Shown here piece by piece: positions 1 to 12,844 of a DNA stretch of 64,000 nucleotides (the stretch's first letter is position 1; the number at the start of each line of letters is the position of its first letter). Below the pieces are notes generated by a model. The model was given only the letters and a program-made list of their open reading frames with translations, had not been told where the DNA came from and did no database searches. Source of the DNA: Vicugna vicugna (taxonomy: Eukaryota). Made by a program: the position numbers and the translations under genes. The stretch lies in NCBI GenBank assembly GCA_013265495.1, contig MU057989.1, positions 759,513 to 823,512 of the forward strand, given 5' to 3'.

Positions 1-25
1 AGTATGGCTAAAAATGTGAAGAGGA

Positions 26-282
26 CGGCTGACCTCTGAACAACATGGGTTTAAACTGGGCAGATCACCTCTTCACGGTTTTTTCAACAGCAAGTATCAC
101 CTCCATTCAGTACTGCACTGTCTGCGGCTGGCTGAACCCTCAGGTGCAGATCCGCAGATTTCCAGGAACCGTACAGGGAGGACCCAGGGATACAGAGAGC
201 AGACCAGAAGCTATATATATATGCATTTTCAGCTGTGGGGAGGGTCTGCTCCCCCACCCCAGTGTTGTTCAAGGGTCAACTA
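26..282. mobile_element. Tigger2-family (TcMar) non-autonomous DNA transposon remnant
   Basis: Degenerate terminal inverted repeats cggctgacctctgaacaac (26-44) and gttgttcaagggtcaacta (264-282) resemble the Tigger2/MER8 terminus cagttgacccttgaacaac. Confidence 0.6.
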
Positions 283-295
283 CAGATTAAAAATG

Positions 296-425
296 AAGAG
301 AAGGTATAGCTCAGTGGTAGAGCACATGCTTAGCATGTACAAGGTCCTGGGTTCCATCCCCAGTGCCTCCACTTAGAAAGTAAACAAATAAGTAAACCTA
401 ATTACCTCCCCCCTTGCAAAAAAAA
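296..425 (+). mobile_element. tRNA-derived SINE (Vic-1-like)
   Basis: A box tagctcagtggtagagc, B box ggttccatccc, then aaataagtaaacctaattacc and an A-rich tail; similar to four other copies in the window. Confidence 0.8.
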
Positions 426-464
426 TTAATTAGAAAAAGTAATAAAGTGAATAAATTAAACTTT

Positions 465-554
465 GGGGGAAGGGTAGAGCTCAGTGGTAGAGGGCGTGCT
501 TAACATGCATGAGGTCCTGGGTTCAATCTCCAGTACCTCCATTTAAAAAAAAAA
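465..554 (+). mobile_element. tRNA-derived SINE (Vic-1-like), short form
   Basis: agctcagtggtagag...ggttcaatctccagtacctcc followed directly by poly(A). Confidence 0.8.
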
Positions 555-857
555 TTAAGCCTAAAAATGTGTTTAGCTATGAAGATAAATGCACAGTTCA
601 AAAACTTAAATAGACATACGCTAAAATGTTAATAGTACTTATCTTGGAATGATGGAGTGAATTAAAATTTTCTCCTCTTCTGCTATCCATGTTTTCTAAC
701 TTTTCTACATTGAATGAATGTTTTTACAGGAAGTTAATAGTGAGTACAATCAGCAAGTCACTGGGACCCAGAGACACGACAGAAAGGAAGGCCTGTGTCC
801 CCAGGCCGGTGTGTGGAAAAGCTGGCGGCGCCTGCGTCAGGACACTGGGAGAGGTAC

Positions 858-998
858 CTGGATGGTGATGGTGCCTTTCTCGGGGTCAGTCTGCAGGTGA
901 ATCTCCATTTCCGGCAGCGCTTGGCCTTCAGACACCAGCTTATGACGCAGCTTTTCCAAGGCGTCACTGGCGTTGGAGATCAGCTCCCGTATAAACAC
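858..998 (-). CDS. TRAP1: TRAP1 exon 4 (HSP90 N-terminal ATPase domain)
   Basis: 141 nt, tag|...|gtacct; encodes [47 protein letters not shown] with the HSP90 signature [12 protein letters not shown]. Confidence 0.97.
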
Positions 999-2222
999 CT
1001 ACGGCAGCGGAAATAAGAAGCCGGCACTGCAGGGCCCATTGGGTTAGCAGCACCTGCAGCGATTGTTCAAGGCTGGGACAGAAATGCCCCAGAATTGTTT
1101 AACCAGAAAGACTTCCCGCTTTGCTCAAAGGCAGTTTCTCCAGGGCAGAACACATAATGATCAAGGACGCTCGCACCTCCCTGACCTGGCTGTACATGCT
1201 GAAGTCTAACTCTACTGCTCCTTCCTGGAACATCAAGCCCGGAGCTAGGTGTCGACTGGTTAACTCCAAACCTCAAGGACCCTGTGACATGACTTCTTTT
1301 TCAGCCTTTGCCTGGGGATGTCAAAAGATCCCCCAAGTATGTTTCTTCTGCTCTGCTCTTACAGTGGCTCGGTCATTCATTCACTCACTGGTTTCTTTAA
1401 TCTCATGGATCATCACAAACCAGACCTGCCATGTTCTGGACAAAAAAGGGCCACAGGCTCAACTGCCGACCGGTGTCCAGAAAGCCCTTTACTCCTAACA
1501 GGCTCCCTGCTTACGGGGAGACACAGCACACGGGGGGAGAGGGAGGAGGCGACCCGACCCCGAGAACAGAAGCCGGATGCCACAGGGACACCAGAATATA
1601 GAATTTAACAGGACAATACCTGGAAATACTTCCTAGAAAGTACCTTTTTGTTTTGGGAAGTTGGGCTTTATCCTTCGCTAAGTCTTCTTTGTGTTTTACA
1701 ACAAAGAGCGTGGAAACGATGACTCACTGGTTCCCCACTTCTCCGTGGAGGAGCTGTCACCCCTGGAGGAGCTTAACCTCCTCAAAAAGGCCCCTGGCAG
1801 CTCCTTTCTGCTCTGCTCCCCACAAGGCCAGCGGTCTTCGTCCTCCCATCTGACACCCTACAGACCGTGGTGGCTCCACCAGGTGACGAGGGGAGGAAAC
1901 CCAGGGCCTTGGAGCATGTGGAAAGCACCACGGAACAGATCTCAGCAGGGCCCCCCACGTCAACATCTAGGGGACTTTTAAACCAGCAGCAAAATTCATT
2001 AATTCCCAGATTCAATATGGCCCAAAGAATCATCTGGATATATTTGTCCATAAAACCCAACAGACTTCAGTAAAAATACTCTCACTGGCAGCCAAGATCA
2101 AGCCTGTCCAAATGTAACGCATTCTCACAGCTAACGTGTTGTCTGGCACCCCCACAGCGGCGTAAAAGTGGTCTTGCCAACAGAAACCTTGCTAGTGCTG
2201 GGGATGATGACAGGCACCGCAC

Positions 2223-2305
2223 CTCTTTTTCTGAGTACAAGGAACGGGCAACAATGTCCAGAAGCTTCTTTGTCTCAGCCTGGAACTCATGTTTAGAAAC
2301 GGAAC
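2223..2305 (-). CDS. TRAP1: TRAP1 exon 3
   Basis: 83 nt, tag|...|gtgcgg; encodes (G)[27 protein letters not shown]. Confidence 0.97.
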
Positions 2306-3188
2306 CTAGTAATGAATCAGACAAACCAATAAAGTTTAATGTCTTTTTTCATGGAAGAATATGCTATGTAATATTCAAAAAAATGTTTATGGTAACGAGT
2401 TTTAAACATTTTTCAAAACAGTGAACAAAAAGGAAAGAAAGAAACCAAGTCTTGGGCTCAGGCAGGAAGTCTCAGCTTCAGAACAAACCAGGTGGTTCCC
2501 TCTCCTCAGGAAGGGGCGGAGGAAGCACAGGCCTCACCTGCCTCTTCCCGCCCCCCTGGAGCCAGCACGCCTGGGGTCAGGCTACCTTGAGGGGCTGCCG
2601 AGGCTGGCACCTCGCCTGCCTGTGAGACCAGCCGACTCGAACATCCAGACCTGGGCTCCTACTCCTCAATACATCGGTTTCCAAATTAATCACTTAGAAA
2701 GCAGGATAACAAGAAAACCTCATTTCTCCTCTTAAGCCAAACTTCAAAGCTTCTGTCGTCCCATTTGAAAGCCAGAAACGGACCAACGTGAGGACCAGCT
2801 CCGGAGACTGCTCTCCATACTTCTTAGGAATGAAGGACAATCCGGACTGCAGCCCTGCGTCGGCGGGGCCAGTACTGAGTTTACGTCCCACTTCCATGAT
2901 TATTAGCAGATGTGCCATGAATCACCATGTAGAAGGGGCCCTGCGCAAACTCACAGGCGACCACCAGAGGGGGCACGACACACCAGGATGGAAGTCAGAG
3001 GTTCCTCCTGGGACCAAAACGCAGGACACATTGTTTTGGGGAACCCTGCCTCCAACCAAGACCTTCCTTCCTCTGAAGCGAGTGGGTGGCTCGATCATTC
3101 ATTGCTTCTGCCTTAAAAATACTCCCCCTCATGAGCCAGCCACTAGCCAGTCCAGACTCCCTGGACAAGACGCAGCCGCACACTGTAC

Positions 3189-3353
3189 CCTGCACGGTCT
3201 CCGAGCTGCGGATGATGGAGTGGAGGGGCTCCTCCTTCGGGTCCTCAGCCGCCTGTGAGCTGAACAACCGTCCGACGTAGAAGCTCAAAGCTGGCCTTTG
3301 CCTGGGACTCCATGGCTGGGCTGGGGTCCTCCAAGGACACAGAACTGGTTTTC
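3189..3353 (-). CDS. TRAP1: TRAP1 exon 2 (end of mitochondrial presequence)
   Basis: 165 nt, ttttcag|...|gtacag; encodes (G)[54 protein letters not shown](G); phases match exons 1 and 3. Confidence 0.95.
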
Positions 3354-6249
3354 CTGAAAAGACAAACATGCAGAAAGAATGAGTTAGTAACATATCAGGA
3401 AAAGACTATCTCAGTGTGTTCACGTCTAGTCTGGCAGATGCTGAGGGGGATTTCTCTACGGCAGGCTGTTGCTTGAGAGACTCAGTGTCACTAGGAGAAA
3501 CGAGAAGTGACTGAACGCTGTGCTGGCATTTTCATGGATAGTTTTAATAACACATCCTCACACATGTCAGATACCAAGAATGCATCAGAACCCGGGGCAG
3601 AGCTGCGGGGGCGAGCAGGTGTCTTTGGACACCACTTCCCACATACGTCCCCTGGTGAGATTGCACACAGACCCACCCAACGCACGTGTCCTGGTGCTCA
3701 CAGCCCCTCCCGGAGCCTGAAATACGACAGACCACCTCCCTCATCACATAACTATCATGGGAAAGGGGAGAAAAATACCCCAAGAGAGATCCAAATTTTT
3801 AAATAGTGATATTCTGAACCAGTCTCATCATCTTCTAAAGAATCATCAATTTTCTTCCTTTCCTTTTTTGTCCAAAACTGTCAGTTTTTTCAATCAGTGT
3901 ATTTAAAACCCGCAAGCCAGCAAATGAGCTCCTCCACCTTGTAACCAGCAAAGGGACTAGAACTGTCCTTGTCTTGGTTTTCTGTCACTTCCTGCTCAGC
4001 ACAGTGGATCCAGGAACCACTGCCAGGGAAGAAGGGAAAGCCATCCGTTTGACATGCTGTCCCCAGCCTGGCTTGGCTGACAGACGCTACAGAAACACCT
4101 CCACTCTAGCCAGCAGGACAGAACCAACCCTCTCGCCAGCACCACTCACCCGACTCCTGGACCACCAAGCCAGGGACTGGCGCCAGTCGGGAGGGGCTTA
4201 ATGCCTGGTGTTTTCAAAGCTACAGGTCAGACATATAGGATAGTCTGTGTGGATGCCCAGGCCGTGATGAACTGCTGTTGCACGTTGTGGACTACACACA
4301 TGTCACAGTCAGGAAGAAATGACATGGAATGTCCAGAAATAACTTGAAGGTTTAAAAAATCAACATGTCGACTTCCACATTCCTATGAGGTAAAAAACCT
4401 GCCTTTTAAGTTTATTCTTGGATTTATAATAAATAACATGACCTTAGTCTTTACCTCTATGAAGATTACAACATCTATCCCAATTCAGAAAACAGTCAAT
4501 TTCCAAAGAGTCTAAATATTTAATTCTCTGGCCTAACTGCATTGTTCACTTTATTCATACAGCTAAAGAAACTCCTCAAACTGGGGTATTTCTTCTGGAA
4601 TTAAATACTTGATAAGAAGTTTTTTAACAAACAGTCTACACCAGGCCAGGCAAGGGTGCTGAAGTCCCTGTGATCCCAGCCCGTGACCTGAGCACATGAG
4701 AAATGATGCCAGCAGACTAGGAGCGACCCCACACTGCCTTCTCTCCCAGGAACGGTGCTCCTGGGCATATGTGGAGACAAAAACAGTTCCCCATGGGGAC
4801 CCTCTGCTTTAAAGTATGGTAGGACTTCAGGACAAAATCAGTGAGACGGGGGTAAAGGAGAGAAGTTTGAGGGATGCAAGACTCCGGCTGGGCCTCAGGT
4901 CGGGGTCTGGGTCCCAGCCCTCCAGATGCACAAACACGCAGGCGAGCACCGGGCCATGGAGCCCGGAGCCATGGAGGAGTCCCTCCAGGAGAGAGGGGAG
5001 CGAGCTGGGTAAGCACAGGTGGACAGGGTTCGTGGCCGCGCCCCCACGGGAGCCAGTACACACAGACCAACCGAAAGCAATTTAGAAATTCTTACATCTA
5101 ATTAGTACTCCTCTTACCATGTTCCACCTAACAACCATGCCCTATTACCCAGCCCAGGTAAGGGCAGAGATGGTCATGCGGAGTCACTTCCAGCAGGGAC
5201 ACGGAAGGAGCACTTATCCTGGACCCCTGCCCACTCCCCGCCTCGTGGGCCTCCCCCAGCTCTGCTGCGGCCCCTCTTCCCCGCACAACTCAGGTCCAAA
5301 GGCCTTTAAGCAGGTCTTCCCACCTGAAACACTGTTCCCTAAAATCCGTTGCTTAAATGTCAACATATCAATCTTTCGACACCGATTTCATCTCATTATT
5401 TCCGATTTCAGAGGTCAGTCCTGCCACAACCTCATCAACTCCAAACACTTCAGGCTGGCATTCCAGGCCCTCCACCAAGCAATGCCCCAAATCTCCAGGA
5501 ACCCGCCTCCTCCCGCCCCAGCGTAGCAGGTCTGCTAAGGAGTTAAGTGCCCTGATCTGCTTGCATAAACCCACTAAACTGACGTTTATCCCCACTTCCT
5601 GTCTCAGACTTCCTCTGATCCTTTCCTCGACATCTGCCTTTTGGTCCCATCAGGAAACAACAGGTCACTTTCCCTCATCCCAGCTCTAAACCATCCTTAC
5701 CCACAGGAAACCAGAAATCACACGAAATCAAACAATTGGGAGGCTAAGGGCTCTCATTATCTTCAGGCTCCCACGAACAACCTGTTCTAAACCCACTCCC
5801 AGATTGCAGGAAGGGGCCGGCACACTTTTTTACTTCCAGGCTTCCGTGTACAAATGTTTTAATCAAGAACACATCTTAGAGATCACTCTGTTCTAGTATA
5901 TTTAAAACTGCTTTTCTTTTTATAAACAAGTAATAGTCCACTGTAATGGATAAGTAACTAGTGCCCAATCTGTTTCCAGCCTGGTGCTGTTAAAAATAAT
6001 GCTCCAAAGTGGTAAAGAGTTTGACACAATATTGTAAAATGACTATAACTCAATTAAAAAAATGTTTAAAATAAATAAATAAATAAAAAATAAAAAACAG
6101 GAAAACAAAAAACAAAAAACCCCAAAGTGATAGAGAGTTATCTACTGCGTACTTACCCTTCAAGGAAGAAAGGAGATGCGGGAAAACATCCTCTTTCCAC
6201 TATTTTGTGCAAAAGAAATACGGGAAGGATAAACCAGAACCTAATGAGA

Positions 6250-6660
6250 CTGTGTGTCCGTCTCCTGAAGCTGCTGTGACACAGCACCACGGACAGGGCA
6301 GCTTACCACAGTCGAAAACCAAGGTGTTGGCAGGGCTGATTCCTCCTGGGGACTCTGACGGACAGCCTGTCCCCACTCTCTTCTGGCCTCTGAGTTGCCC
6401 GCCATCCTTGACCCACCGCTGCCTCCCTCAGATCTCTGCCTTCATCATCACATGGCCTTCTCTTCAGTGTCTCCTTTGTGTTCAAATTTCCCTCTTAAGG
6501 TCGCCTGTTACACTGGATTTGGGGCCCACTCTAATCTAATATGATTTCATCTTACTTACCTTATCTGCTAAGACCCTATTCACAAATAAGGTTACATTCA
6601 CAGGTGCAGGCAGGGGAAGGACGTGAACATGTCTTTTGGGGGCACACAATTTAAGCAGTA
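6250..6660 (-). mobile_element. MaLR solo LTR (MLT1-like)
   Basis: MLT1-type motifs aaggtgttggcagggctg, ggatttggggcccactctaatc, aagaccctattcacaaataaggttacattcacagg and gggggcacacaatt. Confidence 0.7.
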
Positions 6661-6684
6661 AGAAACTGGCTGCTTACAAGGGAC

Positions 6685-6796
6685 GTATGTTAGTTTCCTG
6701 GGGCTGCTGTGGCAAAGCACCACAGGCCGGGCAGCTGAGACAACAGAAATTTATCATCCCACAGTTTTGGAGGCTAGAAATGTAAAATCAAAGTAT
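6685..6796 (-). mobile_element. Second MLT1-like LTR fragment
   Basis: gttagtttcctggggctgctgt...acaacagaaatttat...cacagttttggaggctagaa matches the MLT1 terminus. Confidence 0.65.
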
Positions 6797-6809
6797 GGGG
6801 GAGACGGGA

Positions 6810-7505
6810 CCTCTTCCTTACAGCAGAATTACAATTAGGAAATGTGTAAGGACGATGGAAACAGACAGTCGCCACCAGGCAAGCACTGTATTAGTTGTGA
6901 CAGGTATAAATTGTTGATGGATGTTCACCAAAACAGAACATTTCCAGAATCTCGAAGTATCCCCATAAGACACTTCTTGATCTCAAAGAGAAAAACAGCA
7001 CTTCACGGGGGAGAAAGTGGCAAATAACCCTGAACAAAGTGAACACAGTCAGCATCATCAGGAAAGAGACGTGTCCACACCCTGCAACCCCAGGTGGTGA
7101 GGGGGCGCCGCCTGCCTTCTGCTGTGTTCTTGCCAAAAAGACATCTTGATCTAATCACAAGAAAGCATCAGGCAAACCCAAGACAGGGAAATCCTCTAAA
7201 CAACTGGCCGGTGCTCTTCAAAAGTCAAGGTCCTGAAGGACAAACACAGACAGAGGAGACCAAGGAGACATAAGGACAGGATGTAGGACCCTGGGGCAGC
7301 AAAGGACATCGACGAGACACCTGGCTAAATTCAGGTGAGAGTGACATGTTACTGAACAGTACTGTGTCAGTGCTATTTCAGTTTTCAATCACTATACCCC
7401 GGCTCTGTAAGAGACTAATACTAGGGGAAACCAGGAGCAGAGGAAGGGAAGCCTGTGTACTATTTTTGCAACATCTCTGTAGAGCGCAAACTATTTCAAA
7501 ATTTT
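6810..7505 (+). mobile_element. Old L1 (L1MC-like) 3' region remnant
   Basis: Motifs such as gtgctcttcaaaagtcaagg and tgtactatttttgcaacatctctgt resemble L1MC 3' ends; boundaries approximate. Confidence 0.45.
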
Positions 7506-7519
7506 AAAAAGGATTCTAA

Positions 7520-7990
7520 GGAATATCCCTGTACATGTGTCATTTCATTTACGCACAAGTATACATCTGAGTAGACACTGAGAAGTGGAATCAAGTCCAA
7601 GGTTATGTGCAGTTTAAACTGTGTTCAATGCTGCCAAGACACTCTCTAGAGGCTGTGTCAGTTTACATTCCCACAGCGACTATGGGAGTATTACCCCACA
7701 TTCCTGCCAGGATGGTACCACTATGAAACTTCTAGATCTTTGCCTACCAGTCAGATAAAAATTCTACTGTAGTTTCATTTACATTTCTCTTATTATGAGC
7801 AAGACTGAGCATCTACCCATATTTTAAAATACCTTCTATTTCCTTTTTTGTTAATAAACTGTTGATATCCTCTGATCATTTTCTACTATATATTTTTTCT
7901 TACTGATTTGTGAAGAACTCTTTATATATTAAGGAAATTAGTTTTGTTTGTAAAGGCCTTCCACATTCCAAGATTACATACAATTTTCCT
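7520..7990 (-). mobile_element. Old L1 fragment, antisense
   Basis: Antisense L1 ORF2-end motifs (gtttacattcccacagc, catttctcttattatgag, ctctttatatattaagg). Confidence 0.5.
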
Positions 7991-8532
7991 ATGTTTTATT
8001 TTTCCTATCCTTTTGTCTTTCCTCCCCAACTTAAGACTCAGAACACTTTTGAAAGGATTTAATATTTTGTTCATGATGGGAATAATGTAAGACCTCACAG
8101 TTGGGAAAAGGGAATAAGCAATCCCATATTTCCAACCAGGACTTTAAGACTTTCCATTATAATTCCAAGGTTATATTAATCAATAGCACTGTTAAAGCAG
8201 ATTTGATTTCAAGTTAACTGAACTTCCTACAATAATTTAAAAAAAAAACCAATAGTGTAATAAGTCTGCCTGAACCAGATACAAACATACTTCTGCACGG
8301 TATCTGTCTTCATGTTTTCCCCTACACCCTAGAGGAAAAACCACAAACCTCAGTGTCAGGCTACAATGTCTTAGTGTTAATCTGTTTAGTGGTCTGCGCT
8401 CACACAAAATGGGAAGCACTGATAGTATGAATCTGAACCACCCCCCTCACACACACACACTCACACCTGCCAGTGCTCATGCTGCTTCCTCTACCTGCAA
8501 CCTCTTTCCACCTGAACTGCTTCAGGCAATTT

Positions 8533-8663
8533 GCTTTTTTTTAAAATTCTTTTGGGGGGGGTTAGGTTTGTTTGTTTGTTTATTTAATGGAGGTACTGGA
8601 GACTGAACCCAGGACCTTGTGCGTCCTACGCAGGCACTCTACCACTGAGCTATACCTTCCCCC
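8533..8663 (-). mobile_element. tRNA-derived SINE (Vic-1-like)
   Basis: Reverse complement of the SINE head (ctctaccactgagctatacc) with a T-rich tail on the left. Confidence 0.8.
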
Positions 8664-9899
8664 TCCAAACTGCTTCAGGACCCAGCGTGAGGCCCCCTCT
8701 TCCACCAGGCCTCCCCATCACTGCGCCCCACACACAGGACACAATAATCTCTCCCTATGGTAAATTCAGAGCCCCTGCTTTCCATGCTGCTGATTTAGAA
8801 CTGCTGTTATGAGCCAGCTTGTGGCATTTTTTCTATCACCTTTTTGTTAACATAATATCTCACCAAATTAGGGCAGGAACAGGCTAATATTCTTTAGTAT
8901 CAAATTCTCGAAGGCAAGAACATCCATATTTCTCTGCATGCCAAAACATCTGAAACTTGTTTTTTAAACAATCATGAAACTTTTTATCAGCATAAACATC
9001 ACTATGCTCAAGCAGAAGCACATCCGATTGGCCAACAGATGGCGTTAGTGGTCCTGCACGGCCATTGTAACTGGTGAGCAAAATTAAAAATGCAACTGCC
9101 AACAGGGGTGGCCAAGGAAGGCAAATGAGTGAAAACACACCGGGTGTGTTCTGTTCTTGTGCTTTGTTTTTGTTTGTTTGTTTGTTTGTTTTAAATCATC
9201 CACCTTTCCTATATTTCAGCCATAGTTCTTACTATGGTTTTCCTTCATAATGGCATCCTAAATGTACTTTAGATACAGACACATTTTTAATATTTTAAGC
9301 TGTGAGAAATACACTGATTGTTTCTCTGGAGTTATATATCCCAGACAGACACTCCCACTTCACAAGTGTGATAGGGACAAGAGTGATTTCACTTTTCATC
9401 TTTACTACCACCTCCTGTTTGGCTGAGGTATATCCTACCAACCAAACCTGTGGATGACAACCAGGACCTTAGGAACAACAGAAGGACCACATGAAGGCTC
9501 TGGAGCATCAACAAAAGCAGGCAGATTCTGGAGGAGAGTCGATACACGGAAGAAGGGACAGCACAGAATGAGGGCGAGTTCAATGAAGGGTCACTAAAAC
9601 TCCAAGAGAAAGCATGCACGATGTGCACTTTCTGGCCGGAAGAACCAGAGGAGAGATTTAGAAAACCACGGAGTCTGAAAAGTGAAGGGAGAAAACCCCA
9701 GAAAGGTGACTCAGAGAAAGGGAGCCCTAGTTTGGGGAATAAATTCTTCTAAGCCTGTGGCTGACCTCCTGAACTACACATGCGGGGAGCAAACTGCAAG
9801 CAGCCCAGTTAAGGATAAAAGAGTCAAACTGCTACCTAAGAGAAAGTGTTTGCAGTTGGGGGCCAGCCACATTAATATCCACCTTTAAAATAACAGCTA

Positions 9900-12830
9900 C
9901 TCTTCAAAGGAATATAACAGAATCCAGAGGCTCCACAAGGCAACCACCTTAACGTCCAGGAGGCAATAAAAAGTTACCCGACACATAAACAGAAAAACGC
10001 AGCCCCTACTCAAAAGAAGTGTCAGTCAATGGAGACTAGTGCCAAGAAGACCCAGATTTTGTTATCAGAAGACAGGGGTCTTAAAACAGACATTCTAACA
10101 ATACTATATGACATAAGGTAAAATGCTCAAAATAAAGGATGAGGAATCTCAGAGACATAAACTATAATAGAAGAACCAAGTGGAAATTCTAGATATAGAA
10201 AATACAATCTCTGAAATTTTAAAATTAACTGAAAGCCTTAACAACCAAATGGAGACAACAGAAGAAAGCCTACGAACTTGAAAATAAATTGATAGAAATT
10301 ATTCAGTGTGAAACAGAGAGAAAGAAAAAGATTAAAAACAAATGAATGCGGTCTCAGATATATGTGGGATAGGAGAATGAAGTTTCACATACATGTAACT
10401 GGAGTCTCAGAAGGAGAGCAGAACAAGAAACAGGGCAGAAAAAATACTTGATGAACTAATAATTTAAAAATTTCCCCAAAGTTGGTCAAAGACATTAAAT
10501 AAATTCAGATTCAAAAAGTTCAATGAACCACTAGCAAGATAATATCAAAGAAAAACATGAAGGCACATCATAATCAAACTGCTGAAAACCAAATAAAAAG
10601 AGAAAATCTTGGAAGCAACCAGAGAGCACATTACATGGGGGAACAATAATTTGAATGACAGCTAACTCTTCATCAGAAATAATGGAGGCCAGAAGACAAT
10701 GGTACAACATCTTTAAAGCCTTCAACAGCACTGGAAGACCCGCACTGGAAGAAACACTACAGTTCTTCAGGCTGAAAGTAAATGGTATCAGGTGGAAACT
10801 TGGATCTTCAAAAAGGAATGTAGAGCATCAGAAATGACAGCCTAGGTAAACAGAAAAGAATTTTTCTCCAATTTCTTTAAAATATATACAACAGTTTAAA
10901 CCAAAAATTAAAATATCATCTAGTGGGATTTATAACATATATACATGCAATACATATGAGAAACAAGGTGGAGAGAGGAAACACACCTATATAATTGCAA
11001 AGTTTTTACAGTTTATATGGTATATTACAATACTAATTCTAAACAAACTGAAAAGTTAAGGAAAAACATTGCATTCTCCAGAGTAACCAATAAAAAATGA
11101 AGCAGAGTATGGCTAAAAAAGCATCAGGGTGGAATTCTAAAAAATATTTAAACATAAATATTTACCTGATCCAAAAGAATGCAAGAAAGGTAGAAGAGAG
11201 GTAGAGATAAATCTGACTATATCAATAATTAATTTTAAGTCAATGGACTAAACACTCTGATTATAAGGCAAAGATTGTCAGAATTGATAAAGCAAGACTA
11301 ATTATATGCTGTCTATAAAACAATCACTTTAAATATAAAAACATATATACACTGAAAGTAAATGAATGGAAAAAGATATACCATGCAAAAAGTAAGCATA
11401 AAAAGGCTGGTGTGGCCATATTAGATGAGACAAAGTAGACTGCAAAATAACAAGTATTACCAGAGAAAAAGAATATATCAGAATGATAAAAGATATAAGT
11501 CATCAGGAAAACTCAGTCACAAATCTGTCTGCCTAATAACAGTTTCAAAAATAAATGAAGTTAAAACTGAAAGAATTAAAAGGAAGAAGAAACAAATGCA
11601 TGATTATTGTCAGAGATTTTGACACTCCTCTCAATGAATGACAGAACCAAGAAATAAATCAGGACACAGATCGTCTGAACTACAGTATGAAACACTTTTG
11701 CTTAAAGGATATTTATAGAGTACTGTACCCAACAACTGCAAACTACAGTTCTTATATGGGATACTCATGAAGACAGACCATAAAGTGGGCCGTAGTCTCA
11801 ATAAATTTAAAAGGAATGAAATCATAAAGAGTAAGCTCTCTGAATATAACAGAATTAATTTAGAATCAATAATAATAAAATATATAGGAGTCCCCAGGTA
11901 TCTGGAAATTAAACAACATATTCTAAATGATCCATGGGTCAAAGAAGAAATCACAAGGGAAGTTAGGTAATATTTCATACTGAATGATAATGAAAATGCA
12001 ATATATTAAAAGTTGTGGGGAGAAACTCATAGCAGGAAACTTACAGCTTTAAATGCTTATGTTAGGAAATAAGTCTAAAACCAATGGCCTAAGGTTTCAC
12101 ATTAGAGAAAAGCACAAAGTCAACCCAAATACAGGAGAAGGGAGGAAATGACAAAGAGCAGAAATCAATAAAATAGACAATGGGTAAACAATGGGAAAAA
12201 TTAACAATGCCAAAGTTGATTCTTGAAAAAGATCAACAAAACTGATAAGCCCCCAGCTAGACTCATCGGGAAGAAAAGGACAACACCCATTACCAACACC
12301 AGGAGTGAAGGTGGGGTCATTGTCACAAGTTCTACAGGCATTAACAGGGCAATAGGGAAACATTACGAACAGAATTATGTCAAGAACTTTGACAACTTAG
12401 GTAAAATGGACAAATTCCTTGGAAAAAAAATTTATCCAAAGTGACAGATGAAACAGAAATTCTGAATTGCTTTATATCTAATAAAGAAATTAAATTTGTT
12501 TGCAAAAAAATATTTCTAAATAAAATTCTAGGCCCAGAATTTCTACTGAAGTCAAAATATCCATCATATAAGGAAGAAATAACACCAATCTTGCACAAAG
12601 TTTTAGAAAATAGAAAAAGGAATTATTTCAAGTTTTATAAGGACAGCATAACCCTAACATCAAAACCTAACAAAGACATTATACACACACATACAATAAA
12701 AATAATATACCGATATCCCTCATGGATACAGACATAGAGGTCCTTGCCAAAATATGAGCAAGTAAAATCCATTAATATATAAAAATGATGCGCGTCATGA
12801 CCAAGCCAGTTTATCTCCAGGATGCAAGGC
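9900..12830 (+). mobile_element. Ancient L1 (L1M-type) ORF1 and ORF2 endonuclease/Z-region remnant
   Basis: A-rich strand; fragments TANSSSEIMEARRQWYNIFK (ORF1), KTDHKVG..SLNKFK, LNDPWVKEEI and KINKTDKPPARL (ORF2); many stops. Confidence 0.85.
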
Positions 12831-12844
12831 ATCCTGGAGCACTA

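Noticed and set aside
296..554. tRNA genes suggested by A and B boxes
   Set aside because: The copies are diverged, lack a proper acceptor stem, carry A-rich tails and are dispersed, so they are SINEs.
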